This document shows positions 38,226 through 49,934 of a stretch of DNA of 64,000 nucleotides, piece by piece (the stretch's first letter is position 1; each line of letters opens with the position of its first letter). Both the position numbers and the translations under genes were made by a program. Source of the DNA: Eledone cirrhosa (taxonomy: Eukaryota); contig OZ024743.1 of the NCBI GenBank assembly GCA_964016885.1, forward strand, positions 364,622,001-364,686,000. The letters are read 5' to 3'. The notes under the pieces were generated by a model that saw nothing but the letters and a program-made list of their open reading frames with translations, did no database searches and was not told where the DNA came from.

Positions 38226-39795
38226 GAATAATAGTTGAGAAAAGGTGACCAGCAGCGGAAACAACTGCTATTTATAGCTATCAACTTCAGACGATAAAAA
38301 ACAACACCATCACACACACTCTCTCTCTCTGTCTATCGATCTACATAACTACATACATATATGTAGATCTATCTAGCTATCTACCTGCCTATATATCTAC
38401 CTACATGCATCTCTGTCAGTCTATAGTTATCTGTTTGTGTATATTTACCAGTGCATCGATCTTCGGACGAGCACAACAACAACAAAACACAAATCCCAAT
38501 AGCATTCCGAACAAAGATAGATAGAACTAAGTTATCGGAATTTAGTGGATACATGTTTGATAATGATTAAAGAAAATATGAAAGAAAATTGTTGTAATTG
38601 AGATAAAATGAAATACAGCAATAGCTAGAGCAATAAGAGGTAGATCAAGGAAAATCGAGGATTCAAGCATCTTTACAGAGAGTGTTACTATTAAGGGATT
38701 ATTACATTTTACTATAATCTCCGGCATTTTTGACGGATAATATATTAGTATATAATATAATTAACAAAATACAATGGAGTTTACAAATAGTAGTTTATTA
38801 GACTCGTTTACATTTGTTTCAGAGCATAAATTCAGTAAAAGTAACATGCTAAAATAAACAAATCCTATCAAGGAAAACACAGACCAGAATTTAACACATA
38901 TCTCCTTGGTCATCTCCAAAAAGTCACTAGTAATATAACACTTCAATATAATTGTAAATGTTAAGCATTTCGTAATGTGTTAAACTGCGGCTATACTGGG
39001 CCACCCACCGAAGGAGGTTTTAGTCGATCATATCGCAGAACCACCGGGAATCGAACTCAGGATATTGCGATTGTAAGCCAAACACCCTTACCACAAAGCC
39101 ATAAATCAATAAAGAAATAGGAACATTTATGATACGAGGAATTTCCACGAGTCTCACTAGTAAGTACAATACTGCGCAATAAAAAAAATGTGTTTATTTA
39201 ATGCAAAATACAGACTTGTTCGAGAAGGCCGTACTTAATGGAGTCTAACGCCCCAGGTTCTTCTATGGCTCAGACTCTTTGGTTGTATTTATGTACTCCA
39301 GGAGAAGAAGCATTCACCACTGTAAATATGGTAACGCTGTTAAACTGACGTTAGTTAACAGCGTTAAGGCTAATTCTTCTTTTGGATATAATTCGTTGGG
39401 TATAATTCGAACAGTGCCGTGTCCCGCCAAGTTTACATACAGCTTATATAAATTATATGTCTTCATTTGTGATTCTGAGATGCAATGGGTAACGTGACTC
39501 CACTCTTCATATGTATTCATTAACAACTCATAATTTCAGTATATATTGATGGGTGGAATATTCTCAGCAGACAAGTGGATAAGGTGTTGTAATTTCAAAC
39601 GAAGAATCATGTGTTCGTATAATGTCATTAACATTGCTGTACTCTGCCCTGGATAAGGTGCTAAGCATTTTATATTCCAATTGCTCTGGCAAATGATTAT
39701 GTTAAGTAAGTGTGTTGAAGAATTCCATGGGTAAGTTCGGGATTAAGAGATATATATCTGTAAAAAGTTATGTATGTCAAAGTGTGTCATCAGCT

Positions 39796-40483
39796 AGGTG
39801 GAAACACGGTATAGCCCCGATGGAATTACCCTCTTCCCATTCGAAGAAAGTAAATCCCTCATCTGTGACGCCACATGTTGTGACACATTCTCCGCCTCCA
39901 ACTTAGTTGCTTCGGCCACAAATCCTAGTACTGCGACCCATAATGCAGAGGCCAGGAAGACAATCAAATACCGGGGATTGTCCGGCCGCTTCCTCTTCGG
40001 ATTGGTCTTCGACGAAATCTCAGGCGTCCTCGGACTCAGTACTGCCGAGCTCCTCCGCAAGATCGGAACGTCAGCAGCCTATCTGAGGAAGGACCTCTGC
40101 GAGGTGGGATGGCTGTTGCAGCGGGTGTCGCTGGCTATTGTTCGCAGAAATGCCTTTGCAGTTCTGTCCGCGGGGCGTAGCCCAAACACCCTAGGCTTAG
40201 AGCCCACCGTCCTCTCCCCTTCCTCTTCTCTTTCTTCTGTGGCCCCAGAGTCCTTGTTCCCCACCATTTTCTTCTCATTTATGGCATTTATAGTCCTTTT
40301 CTCTACTTTCCCATAGAGCCAGATCTGTCCTTCTTTACCTTCCTTTTTCTCATTACGTAATTTTTGATTTTATCTTTTTTTTAATAATAATGTAATTATC
40401 AGTAGTTTTTAAGCCAACTTTGTGTGTGAAACATGTATTGAAAATAAACATTTATTTTATTAAAAAAACAAAAAACAAACAAA
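39796..40483 (+). mobile_element. 5'-truncated CRE-like non-LTR retrotransposon (restriction-like endonuclease domain)
   Basis: PDGITLFPF...LICDATCCDTF...AEARKTIKY...WLLQRVSLAIVRRNA resembles the PD..D REL domain. AATAAA and an A-rich tail follow at 40442-40483. Confidence 0.75.
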
Positions 40484-41770
40484 CTGGAAAGTTAAATCTG
40501 TGAGTCGTACCTCGTTGATCAAGCGATTTACTGTATGGCATATCACTGCACACGACTCTACTACTCTACCAACCGACGAATATGCCTATATACTGTTACC
40601 AGACCTGTTAGATAGTAGCACAATCTACCTCAAATTACACCCTAACGTCTTAAAAAAGTAAGCACGTTCAATAAATCGATAAAAAGCAGAATGCTCGTCT
40701 TTGATCATGCGTCTACTCCATATGGGCTGACCTGTTGCTAAACAACAACAAAACAACTTTATTAGACTACTTTGCTACGCTTTTCAACTACAATAAATTA
40801 GATTACCTTACCCTAAGTAAAACAACAAACCCTCTACTACAAAATACTGCAGCATATTAAGACTATCACGCCTCCATATTTCATTTATCTCGATTCTATG
40901 AAAAAAAGAATTTTTTTTCGCAACAACCACACCCGGTTTCTATTTTTTTTATGACATATTGTTTTCAAAACAAGAGATTAGGGACAGGACGAGTTGTTAA
41001 CTGCCTTATTAAGATCATAAAACGGTCCTTAGCTCTCCTATAATCCAGCCCAAATGTAAACAAGTAGTGATGCGGAGAAAGTAGAGCACTTGAAGCTTCA
41101 TATCTCAGCAGTTAAGAAAAATACGCCGAGAGATCTTAAACGTTATCTTTTTACTACATTTTCACGTGCTGTTTCGTCCATGTATATTTTATATATATGA
41201 CAAGACAGCTCTTTCTACTGGAGTGAACTGTTGCCCGAGACGAGAGGAAGAGAGCAAAGTACTAGGAGTTATGGAGTACTGTCGCAAGAACAGACGGAGG
41301 ATCATGTGCAAAACCTTCGGAACTCTAGGCATTATGGGAGTAAGAAAAAGGAGAAATACAAAAAGCAACATATCATCATCATCATCAGCAGCAGATAAAC
41401 CACAGATGGTTATGGCTGAAGAGAGGTGACTGTGGAGTCAGTAGTATATATGCCACTTGGACACTGACTGGGGTTTGATCAACTTTGGTTGGGTTACCTG
41501 GTTGAGGGTGTATGTTGTAAGACTCGAAACACCCAGTGACTCCAGAATACATCACTGATAATGTAATTTTGTATCCTTGGATATGTGAAGAAGAATTTAG
41601 TAATACATAGTCTTCGTGGCTTTACATGGGGTTGAACTAACATATACATACATATATATATATGGGTATGTATGTATGCGAAAAGTAAACGAATAAGCAA
41701 CACAGGGAAACGATATAGTGCAATGAAGATATATATTAGGTGAATGCTTGATATAGTAGGAAAAGAGTTT

Positions 41771-42391
41771 TCCTATATATATAATACTAAAAGTCTGTGA
41801 TTGCTTGCTTCCTTGTCTGTAATGTAATACAGCAAAAAGGGCACATAATGGGAAAATACTTTGAAAGCAAGTTGATCCTGAAATGGGAATACAAATGGAA
41901 TAAAACAAGTTTCGCGTAAATCGGACCACAGGTTCCCGAGATATGGGTTTTTTTCGGGTTCCTTCATAAACAAAGAGAGAGAGAGAGAGAGAGAGAATGA
42001 TAGAGAGGAAGAGATAGTGGTCGTGACAGAGTAGATTGAAAGAGAGACATAGAGAGAGAGGGAGAGGAGACAGAGCAGGAGAATGGAAGAGAGATGGGGG
42101 TGGTGTTGTGTATATATATGTGAGTGTGTGTGTATATATATATGTGTATGTGTGTCATTGATCAGGGGATATAGATCACAGACACCCATATATGTATATA
42201 TATATATACACACACATACATATATATATACACACACACATTTATATATATATATACACACACGTATATATATTGGCCTTCCAGTTTAATTTCACATTAT
42301 ATACAATTATTTAAAAATTATTTTTAAGTGATCATGATTTAAAAAAATATTTTAAAGTGAACATGACCAAACGGTGGTCACAGGTGGTTTA

Positions 42392-42392
<1 letters not shown>
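41771..42392 (+). mobile_element. Non-autonomous Helitron-like element
   Basis: Same family as 12104-12571; TC start, subterminal hairpin, TTAG end. Confidence 0.7.
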
Positions 42393-42438
<46 letters not shown>

Positions 42439-42521
42439 ATGTATGTATACGTACATTTAAGTAAGTGCTGTACTAAGAGTGAGAAATCAAATTTCGTTTC
42501 ATTCTATTCCATTTATATATC

Positions 42522-42707
42522 TAGTATAAACAAAGATTCATACACTTAACATGTATGCGCGACCATTGGTTTCAGTTATGGTCACCATAATATATTGGAG
42601 GAGGCACAGTTTAAGTGTCTCCTCAAATATACATTGGTGGCCATAACTGGACCCCCAATCCAATGGTCGCACATACATGTAAAGTGTATGAAACTTTGTT
42701 TATACTA
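42522..42707. repeat. ~186-bp foldback palindrome (MITE-like)
   Basis: TAGTATAAACAAAGATTCATACAC... mirrored by ...GTGTATGAAACTTTGTTTATACTA, pairing almost to the centre. Confidence 0.85.
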
Positions 42708-42766
42708 AATAAGCTCTCTTGCAACAAATTGAGCAGTTTTCCTTGATCTTTCATGTACGGATTTCT

Positions 42767-42865
<99 letters not shown>

Positions 42866-42971
42866 TTAAATCCAATGTTTCAGACGGAATTTACACCGTT
42901 CTATATGCGGATTGGAGAAAAACATTGAGCTTGAAATTTTCTTGCCAAGTTTTAGCTTTCAATTTATTACC

Positions 42972-43040
<69 letters not shown>

Positions 43041-43254
43041 TTTACGTATCGAGAAAGAGAGAAAAAAAAAGGAGGGATAGGTGATACATATAGTTATTTG
43101 CCAAGTAGCGTATGCCAAAGGTGCTCGATACTAGTGCCGGCAGTATTAAATATTCGAAGTGTTAATATTTAGTGGGCTAGAGAGTTAGCAGAGCGTAAGC
43201 ACGTGGGAAAGTGAAAAATCGGAGAATAGACCGTTAAAACATGTTTATTTAAAA

Positions 43255-43299
43255 TATCACCTACGTACGTTTCGCCCAGTTGGGCTTCTCAAGGGCATA
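43255..43299 (-). ncRNA. Variant minimal hammerhead in the Penelope pseudo-LTR (inverted copy at 46464-46508, + strand)
   Basis: UUGAGAA-GCCCA-AC-UGGGC-GAAA-CGUACG-UA|GG: U3-A8 core variant, palindromic stem III, weak stem I. Confidence 0.6.
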
Positions 43300-43547
43300 A
43301 ACAATCACAAGTGTTCCTTATATAGTTCGGAAAGAGTTTTGGGGGTTAAATCCACATCAAGATTCATTGTTCGCAAAAATATCTTGTTTTGATTTTGCAG
43401 CAGGTCAAGGGAGGTAACTTTGGCCGGTGTTAGGGCAGTCTTTCCCGGATAATTTTTGGTATGCAGGGATTGTTTTCTGGGTGTTATTTTGCTGCGCCTG
43501 CCCGCCGGGGTGTTAAGACTTGTTGCAGTGAGATCCAGTGTGCTATT

Positions 43548-46283
43548 TCACTCTTCATTCTTGACCCATCTAAAGAAGGATATTTTTAAGCGATGTGTAC
43601 AACTTATCGCTGTTTCAGCTCTGCTGTTGATGAGCTCGTGGGGTGCAGTTATGATGTGGTAGAGCTCCATGAGGCAAAGATCGCATTTCCTCTTGAAGTT
43701 GTACGGTGCAGCCCTGTCGACAATCTCCCAGTGCGTGGAGAAGCTAATGTTTAAGTCCTTTAGTGATGTGATGTAGTCCGCGAGCGAGGTGGAGTGCCTT
43801 AGTTTTCTATTTGTGAAAGAGTGGAGATGTGTTCGAAACCTAATTTTGAACGGGCCGGAGGTGGCCCCTATATAATGTTTAACGCTATTGTGGCTAGTAA
43901 TAGTGCATCTATATATAACCCTATCGGTCAAGCAGTATCCTCTAAGGGGGCACCGTCCTCTGTCGCGGCAGTTGCAATTTCTGTCGCTGTTCCGTCTATT
44001 TCCCACGATAAGGCTATCATTGTTGCTGCCTACGTTGCTAGCTGCGCTACCGCAGCTGTCGTTAGCACAATTACAACCCACAGCACGCGGGATGGTGCGA
44101 TTGTTATTCCGCACGCCATGTTTTGCATGCTCCCCAGTCACTTCGCGGTCATTCTGGTTGCGTCTGCGAATGCCGTTGCCAACACTATTGGATGCTGTCA
44201 GGGAGTTGTTAAGGCCGATACAGTTATTGTCAGGTGTAGGTGCGTCTGCGTCGAGGTGCTGTGTCTTGGTGATCTTACTGTGGTTCGTTGTTCCTATGAT
44301 GTCTGCTAGGTTAGGAGTAGTAGAGAAGGATATTTTTATATTGTTCCTATTAAGAATTTTTCTATACCTATGGTTGGGTGGGAAGTTCTTCTCTAAGGCT
44401 TCGAAGAATATCCGGGGTATGTTGGAGGCCACACTTCGAGAGTAGGGGGGGGGGTGGAACCATAGGACGTTACGGTGGCGATTACGTGTCCTTGTACTTT
44501 TGCTACGGGTGGTTCCATCTAAGTGATCGCTCTTATGTGTGTTAATGCGCTGTCGCCCGTTCGGTGCCCCTTTCACTTTATGCTCGGGTGCACTCTTTCT
44601 ACCACTTCCATGTTTATGTACACGAAGATGTTGGTTGGAAGGCGTTGGTAGTAGGCCGTCGCCTTTGTTGGTTTTGTAATAGGGGAATAGTTTGAGTAAT
44701 CTACAGTATTCACCGTCGCCGGGGACGTGATCTTTGGTGCGGTTATCTATTCTATTATATCCGACTTTAACGAGGTCGCCGCGTGATCGGTTATAGGTAT
44801 GGCTTACTATAACGTTAGTTTTATGAGGGGGGTGGTTTCTAGAGCTAGCGTTAGGGATGTAGGAAATTCCTCGGTTAAAGCCGGCGCTTATCAGGGCCCT
44901 ATTGTAGTAATCAGCCGCTTGGTTGAAGATATCCTCATTGGCGGATAGCCTCGAGATTCTATGTGAGATACTATAGACTATGGAGTTGAGAGTCTGCTTA
45001 GGGTGGTTGGAGGCATAATTAATATAAGAGAGGCACTCTCCAGGCTTATGGTATGGCTTGTATAAGCCCGTACTCAACTCCAGGGTCACGTCCAGGAAGT
45101 TGACAACCCTGTGGTTGAGGTCCATAGTTACGGATAGGCCGTATGACTTAAAGAACCTGTGTATATGTTTGTTAATGTTCTCTATCCTACGGGGGCTATG
45201 GTTCCTAACGGTAAACAGGGCGTCGTCCCTATATACACCTCCTTGTAGGGCCGGTATTTCTTCCCTAAGCTTATGTAGGAGGTATATCCCAACCAGGTCA
45301 GTTGCTTGCGCTGAGTCGCTGGATCCCATCGTGACATCGAAGTTATCAGGACGGTTGGTTCTGGTCCAGTGGGAGCCTTCGAACTGGATAATGGTTCTAC
45401 GTGCCGCTAGAATTATGTCTATTTCTTTTTTGGTGAGGCTAGTGTTAGATCTAGCTAAGATAAGTGCCTTATTTAAGAGTATGGGGGAGATAGAGGCGTA
45501 GTAGCTATCTATATCAAACTGGATGAATTTCAGGGTGGCTTTATCCGGCAACTCGGTGAACCAATTTATGACCTGGTCGGTGTTGCCCCAGAGGCAGACC
45601 TTAGCCTTTCTATTAAGCTCGGGTAGTACTCTGTCAAGGATCACTTTACTAATCTTACCTATATCTGATGTAGAGGGGCATATAAGTCTAATAGAGGGGC
45701 TTTCATTAAAGTCATATTTGTGATCCTTAAGAGAGAATTTAGGCGTCAGAGGGACGTACGGGTTAGTGTACTTTTCTATTTCTAAGCTGGTGACTATATC
45801 CTTCCCTACTCTATTTATGTCATTTAGGGTACTAGAGGGTGTCTTTTTGTAGTCTTTGTGTAGTTCTTTATAGATGAATTTTTTATACTCACTCGCGTCC
45901 ATCTTGTACAGCTTTTTGGTTTTGTCGGAGGTGACGAAGAGGTGCGGGTCATTCTTGATCTTAGTTATTAGTGTATAAAGGGACGTTAAGAATGGATTGC
46001 TGCGTTGGTGTTTCTTTCTGAGCTTAACGTTTTTGATCATTTTCAGCAGGTCCTCTTCAAAGGAGTCCAGTAAGGTGTTGTGCGGTGGGTTTCGGTATGT
46101 TTTGAAACCATACCTCTCTTTGGGTTCAGGAAGGTTACAGGTGTTCTTATCCAGGTGGTATGCCTTCCATCTGACTCTCCGTATAAACGAATTAGTAGCG
46201 TCTATAAGCAGTTTAAGGTAGGTTTTTCTGCTGGGTAAGGGGATACACTTGAGAGACATGGGTAACGGTTGGTTCTCCAACAT
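43548..46283 (-). CDS. Penelope-like RT + C-terminal GIY-YIG endonuclease, 911 aa, uninterrupted
   Basis: RT motifs QFDIDSYY, MGSSDSA, YRDD, FLDVTL, YHKP; Cys linker CNCR...CPL.G.C; VIY...YIG.T...R...H endonuclease. Confidence 0.92.
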   Translation of the reverse strand: MLENQPLPMSLKCIPLPSRKTYLKLLIDATNSFIRRVRWKAYHLDKNTCNLPEPKERYGFKTYRNPPHNTLLDSFEEDLLKMIKNVKLRKKHQRSNPFLTSLYTLITKIKNDPHLFVTSDKTKKLYKMDASEYKKFIYKELHKDYKKTPSSTLNDINRVGKDIVTSLEIEKYTNPYVPLTPKFSLKDHKYDFNESPSIRLICPSTSDIGKISKVILDRVLPELNRKAKVCLWGNTDQVINWFTELPDKATLKFIQFDIDSYYASISPILLNKALILARSNTSLTKKEIDIILAARRTIIQFEGSHWTRTNRPDNFDVTMGSSDSAQATDLVGIYLLHKLREEIPALQGGVYRDDALFTVRNHSPRRIENINKHIHRFFKSYGLSVTMDLNHRVVNFLDVTLELSTGLYKPYHKPGECLSYINYASNHPKQTLNSIVYSISHRISRLSANEDIFNQAADYYNRALISAGFNRGISYIPNASSRNHPPHKTNVIVSHTYNRSRGDLVKVGYNRIDNRTKDHVPGDGEYCRLLKLFPYYKTNKGDGLLPTPSNQHLRVHKHGSGRKSAPEHKVKGAPNGRQRINTHKSDHLDGTTRSKSTRTRNRHRNVLWFHPPPYSRSVASNIPRIFFEALEKNFPPNHRYRKILNRNNIKISFSTTPNLADIIGTTNHSKITKTQHLDADAPTPDNNCIGLNNSLTASNSVGNGIRRRNQNDREVTGEHAKHGVRNNNRTIPRAVGCNCANDSCGSAASNVGSNNDSLIVGNRRNSDRNCNCRDRGRCPLRGYCLTDRVIYRCTITSHNSVKHYIGATSGPFKIRFRTHLHSFTNRKLRHSTSLADYITSLKDLNISFSTHWEIVDRAAPYNFKRKCDLCLMELYHIITAPHELINSRAETAISCTHRLKISFFRWVKNEE

Positions 46284-46560
46284 AATGGCAAATAAGGTGA
46301 GATGCTCTACAAAAGGAGCACGGTAATATAGTATTTACGTATCGAGAAAGAGAAAAAAAAAGGAGGGATAGGTGATACATATAGTTATTTGCCAAGTAGC
46401 GTATGCCAAAGTAGCGTATGCCAAAACTCTTTCCGAACTATATAAGGAACACTTGTGATTGTTTATGCCCTTGAGAAGCCCAACTGGGCGAAACGTACGT
46501 AGGTGATATTTTAAATAAACATGTTTTAACGGTCTATTCTCCGATTTTTCACTTTCCCAC

Positions 46561-46599
<39 letters not shown>

Positions 46600-46602
<3 letters not shown>

Positions 46603-47758
46603 GTTAGACACGCAGTGACTAACAACAGAGTGTTTTAAGTCTGCGTGTCTGACATATATGCGTAGCTTGTGAATAAAAAATTCAAGGGGTGTCGCTGGCC
46701 GTGGTGATCGCTGCCAAACATGTTTTGTAATGTATCGTCTTATTGGATAATTTCATCGGCTTATTGGCTAATCAACCAACGAGAGTAATTGTTGCTCAAA
46801 AGCAGCCGCCATTTTGTTTCCACGTTTATTTATCGTTTCGCTTTCGAATCTTCCTCCTGTATTTCGTCATTTATCATCAAAATATTTTTCTCGTTTTGGT
46901 AAGTTATATTGTTAATTTATATATGATTATTTTAAATTTATATTAACTATTTTTTTCCGTTCGTTATAACATGCTTATAATATTGGTTGTATCATATTTA
47001 CTTGTTTATTTGTCCATATTATTGTTCGTTTTATGTTAGATTATTTTATTATTATTATGTTAGACTATTTGTATGTAATATTTAATTTTTATTAATTCAA
47101 CTATAACAATTATTATGTAAAATATATTTATTTAATATTGATTGTTTTTTGTAGTTTATATTAAAAGTCTGAAAATATTTTTATACATCTTACAATAATA
47201 TTTATAAAATAACAATTATATAATCTAATTACATTACAACGATAATTTATTATTAATATATATCATGTTTAACTAGAGTTATTACAAGTGTTGCCTTAAA
47301 AAAATATTAAACTAGACCTGAAAAATGCGCAAGCTCAAAAGATCCACAGAATGTTATAATAAACCTTCAAAAGTGTGGGACTAGAGTTGTTGCTCAAAAA
47401 TATTGTAATGATTATCTATATTACACTCTGTGGCATCGTTTTATAAAAAAGCGACTCATAACGAACTCAAGACAACACGATAATTATTTAAGTGAATTTA
47501 TAATATAGAATTCGGTTTAAGTGCATTTCGTATTAATCATTACTAAACATCTAATATGAGATATTGAACATTAGCTTAAATAATTATCGTGTCGTCTTGA
47601 GTTCGTTATGAGTCTCTTTTTTATAAAAGGATGCCACAGAGTGTACGATAGATAATGATTACAATATTTTTTAGCAACAACTCTAGTCCCACACTTTTGA
47701 AGGTTTATTATAACATTCTGTGGCTCTCTTGAGCTTGCGCATTTTTCAGGTCTATCTA

Positions 47759-47759
<1 letters not shown>
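46600..47759 (+). mobile_element. Unclassified element (Helitron-like TC...CTAG ends) with a long 3' inverted repeat
   Basis: Bounded by (TA)n; 5' hairpin TGTTAGACACGCAG..CTGCGTGTCTGACA; ~180-bp inverted arms at 47313-47492 and 47575-47754; ends CTAG-T. Confidence 0.5.
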
Positions 47760-47826
<67 letters not shown>

Positions 47827-47835
47827 GTTTATATA

Positions 47836-48005
47836 TATATCCCACTCCTACCTCGACTTCACCTCCTCCCACCCTACACACACAAAACACTATTCCCTAC
47901 TCCCAACTCCTCCGGATCCGCCGCCTCTGCAGCCGAGATGCTGACTTTGAGTCCCAGGCCCTTTCCCTAGTCAGCCATTTCATCCGCAGAGGTTCCCCTA
48001 CAGAC
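47836..48005 (+). mobile_element. Penelope-like RT C-terminal fragment (different family)
   Basis: HSYLDFTSSHPTHTK / IPYSQLLRIRRLCSRDADF, a typical PLE thumb motif across a frameshift. Confidence 0.75.
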
Positions 48006-48660
48006 CGCTCCCGGCCTGATCTCCCCACCCCTATTCCTTTAGCCTTCGACCGCCCTGTTTTCCTCCCCACACACACATATTCCCCACTAACACCACTAAC
48101 ACACTCCTTCTTTTCACCGCAAAATTTCGAGTTCAAATCACGAACTGGCGCCATACAGAACTGTTCCCGAGATGAGGGTGTATGATGAAGAAACAATTTT
48201 GTCTAGTGTCGTGTGTAAAGATAGAAGGTAGGGGCGGAAAGGTCAATGTACTGCCACTAGAAATAGCAGCAGTTAAAACGACCAAAATGTTATCTCGACC
48301 AGGGGAGATTAATAATAATAATAAAGTATGTCTCCCTACATGCAAAATGCATATAGGGACACATGTATTATACAACCGTATGCCAATGTGGTTCTATGGC
48401 AGGTTAATAAATTAACGAGCCAGAACATATATAATCAAGGTTTAGCAAATAAGAAAAAGTTTAAAAATAAATATATGTATATATATAAATAAACTTTATT
48501 CACATATGACTGGCGAACCGCCTGTAACTATCGTTACACACCTACCTACTATATATAGTAGGTAGGTGTGTGTATGTAGTAAACATCTACTTAGTTACGA
48601 TGTGAAATTAAGACCTGTTGAAAAAAAAAAGAACATCTTTGGCAGTTTGGAACGCGGACG

Positions 48661-48700
48661 GAATCGACCAGTTTCGTCTGTTTTAGACTCATCAGATATC
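48661..48700 (-). ncRNA. Minimal hammerhead ribozyme core
   Basis: Minus strand CUGAUGA-GUCU-AAAAC-AGAC-GAAAC-UG-GUC; stem I poorly paired. Confidence 0.6.
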
Positions 48701-48879
48701 ATTTACTTCTTTCATCCAAACGGACGAAGCTAAGACTACTTAATGAAACAGAAAAGACGCTTGTAGTAACACAACTTAATTTACATAGTAATAGTATAAG
48801 GTGATTTTGAGTACCAACGTGGACTTTGTGTATATATCTTTTCTTTTTCTTCTTGGGTTATCCGATGCCTTGAGGCGCT

Positions 48880-49875
48880 GGCGAAGCATGGACAAAGTTC
48901 GAGCTCCAGCATCCTCAGTAGACCATTGCAACACGTAGATCCACTTATTCAAAGCCTGACCATTGCAGAACGCAATTCCACTTCTTTACGGCCTGTGCCT
49001 ATCGTGATGATTGATTTCAAGAGGATATACGCCCGACCAGCTCGTCTCTTTGCACCTGGGATTCAGAGCAGCAATCTTCCAGCGGGTTCATCATGGCGAG
49101 TGACATGGCCGGCAAGCGCCAGACGACGATGCCTCACACCATCAAATATGAAAAACTAAGATTTATACAGAGACTTGTTTGTTGGATGACGTATCCTTGT
49201 GATGTTGTATGTCGAACACAGCATTCTGGTATATGCACCATAGAGTCTCTTGCGGCGAACAACATTCAACGTCCACGACTCCGAATTGTACAGAAGGATC
49301 GTTTCTATACAGGCCAGAAACGTCTTTGTTTTTGTGTCCTTGTGGATGGCCGTCTTCCACACCCTCTGCAAAGAGTCAAACGCACTCTACGACTGAGCAG
49401 TCCTGATATACATGTCACGGCCTGAGTCAGTGTAACCACCCCGATACTTGAAATTACTCGCGAGTTCAATAACTGAGCCATCTGATACTTACAGTTGCTC
49501 ATTGGTAGATGGACTCAAGTGCATGTAATTTGTCTTCGGCGCTTTCAGAAACAGACCAACACCCTGACATGCCTTCTCAACTCTGATGAGAAGATCCTGT
49601 ACAGCTTCGATTGTATTTTCGAGAAGCACAATGTCGTCAGCGTAGTCACGGTCATCTATGACTTGGGCAGGATGACGGTGACAACAATGCCGTCTCGGTG
49701 CCAGGCCATCAATGATTGAAGTGCACAATGTATAGTTCACACAGTTGATGAATAAGACTAGGGTGAGAGGATCACCCTGGAGAATGCCCATGTTGATGTT
49801 GAATACATCACATGATCGGATTGCGTTGACTACATCAGGTGAAATGCCGTTAACTTCGAGAATTTCAAGCATGAT
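48880..49875 (-). mobile_element. Degenerate non-LTR RT fragment (RTE/RTEX-like)
   Basis: GILQGDPL...DYADDIVLL and IETILLYNSESWTL in minus-strand ORFs. Confidence 0.8.
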
Positions 49876-49896
49876 GACACACACACACACACACGC

Positions 49897-49934
<38 letters not shown>

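Larger units (their letters stand above)
43035..46562 (-). mobile_element. Penelope-like element with pseudo-LTRs, inserted in (TA)n
   Basis: Direct repeat 43035-43120 = 46328-46411; inverted repeat 43201-43342 vs 46421-46562; (TA)n on both sides; single long ORF. Confidence 0.92.

Noticed and set aside
43548-46283. Naiad-type (N-terminal endonuclease, selenoprotein) Penelope element
   Set aside because: The GIY-YIG domain is C-terminal and there is no in-frame TGA.
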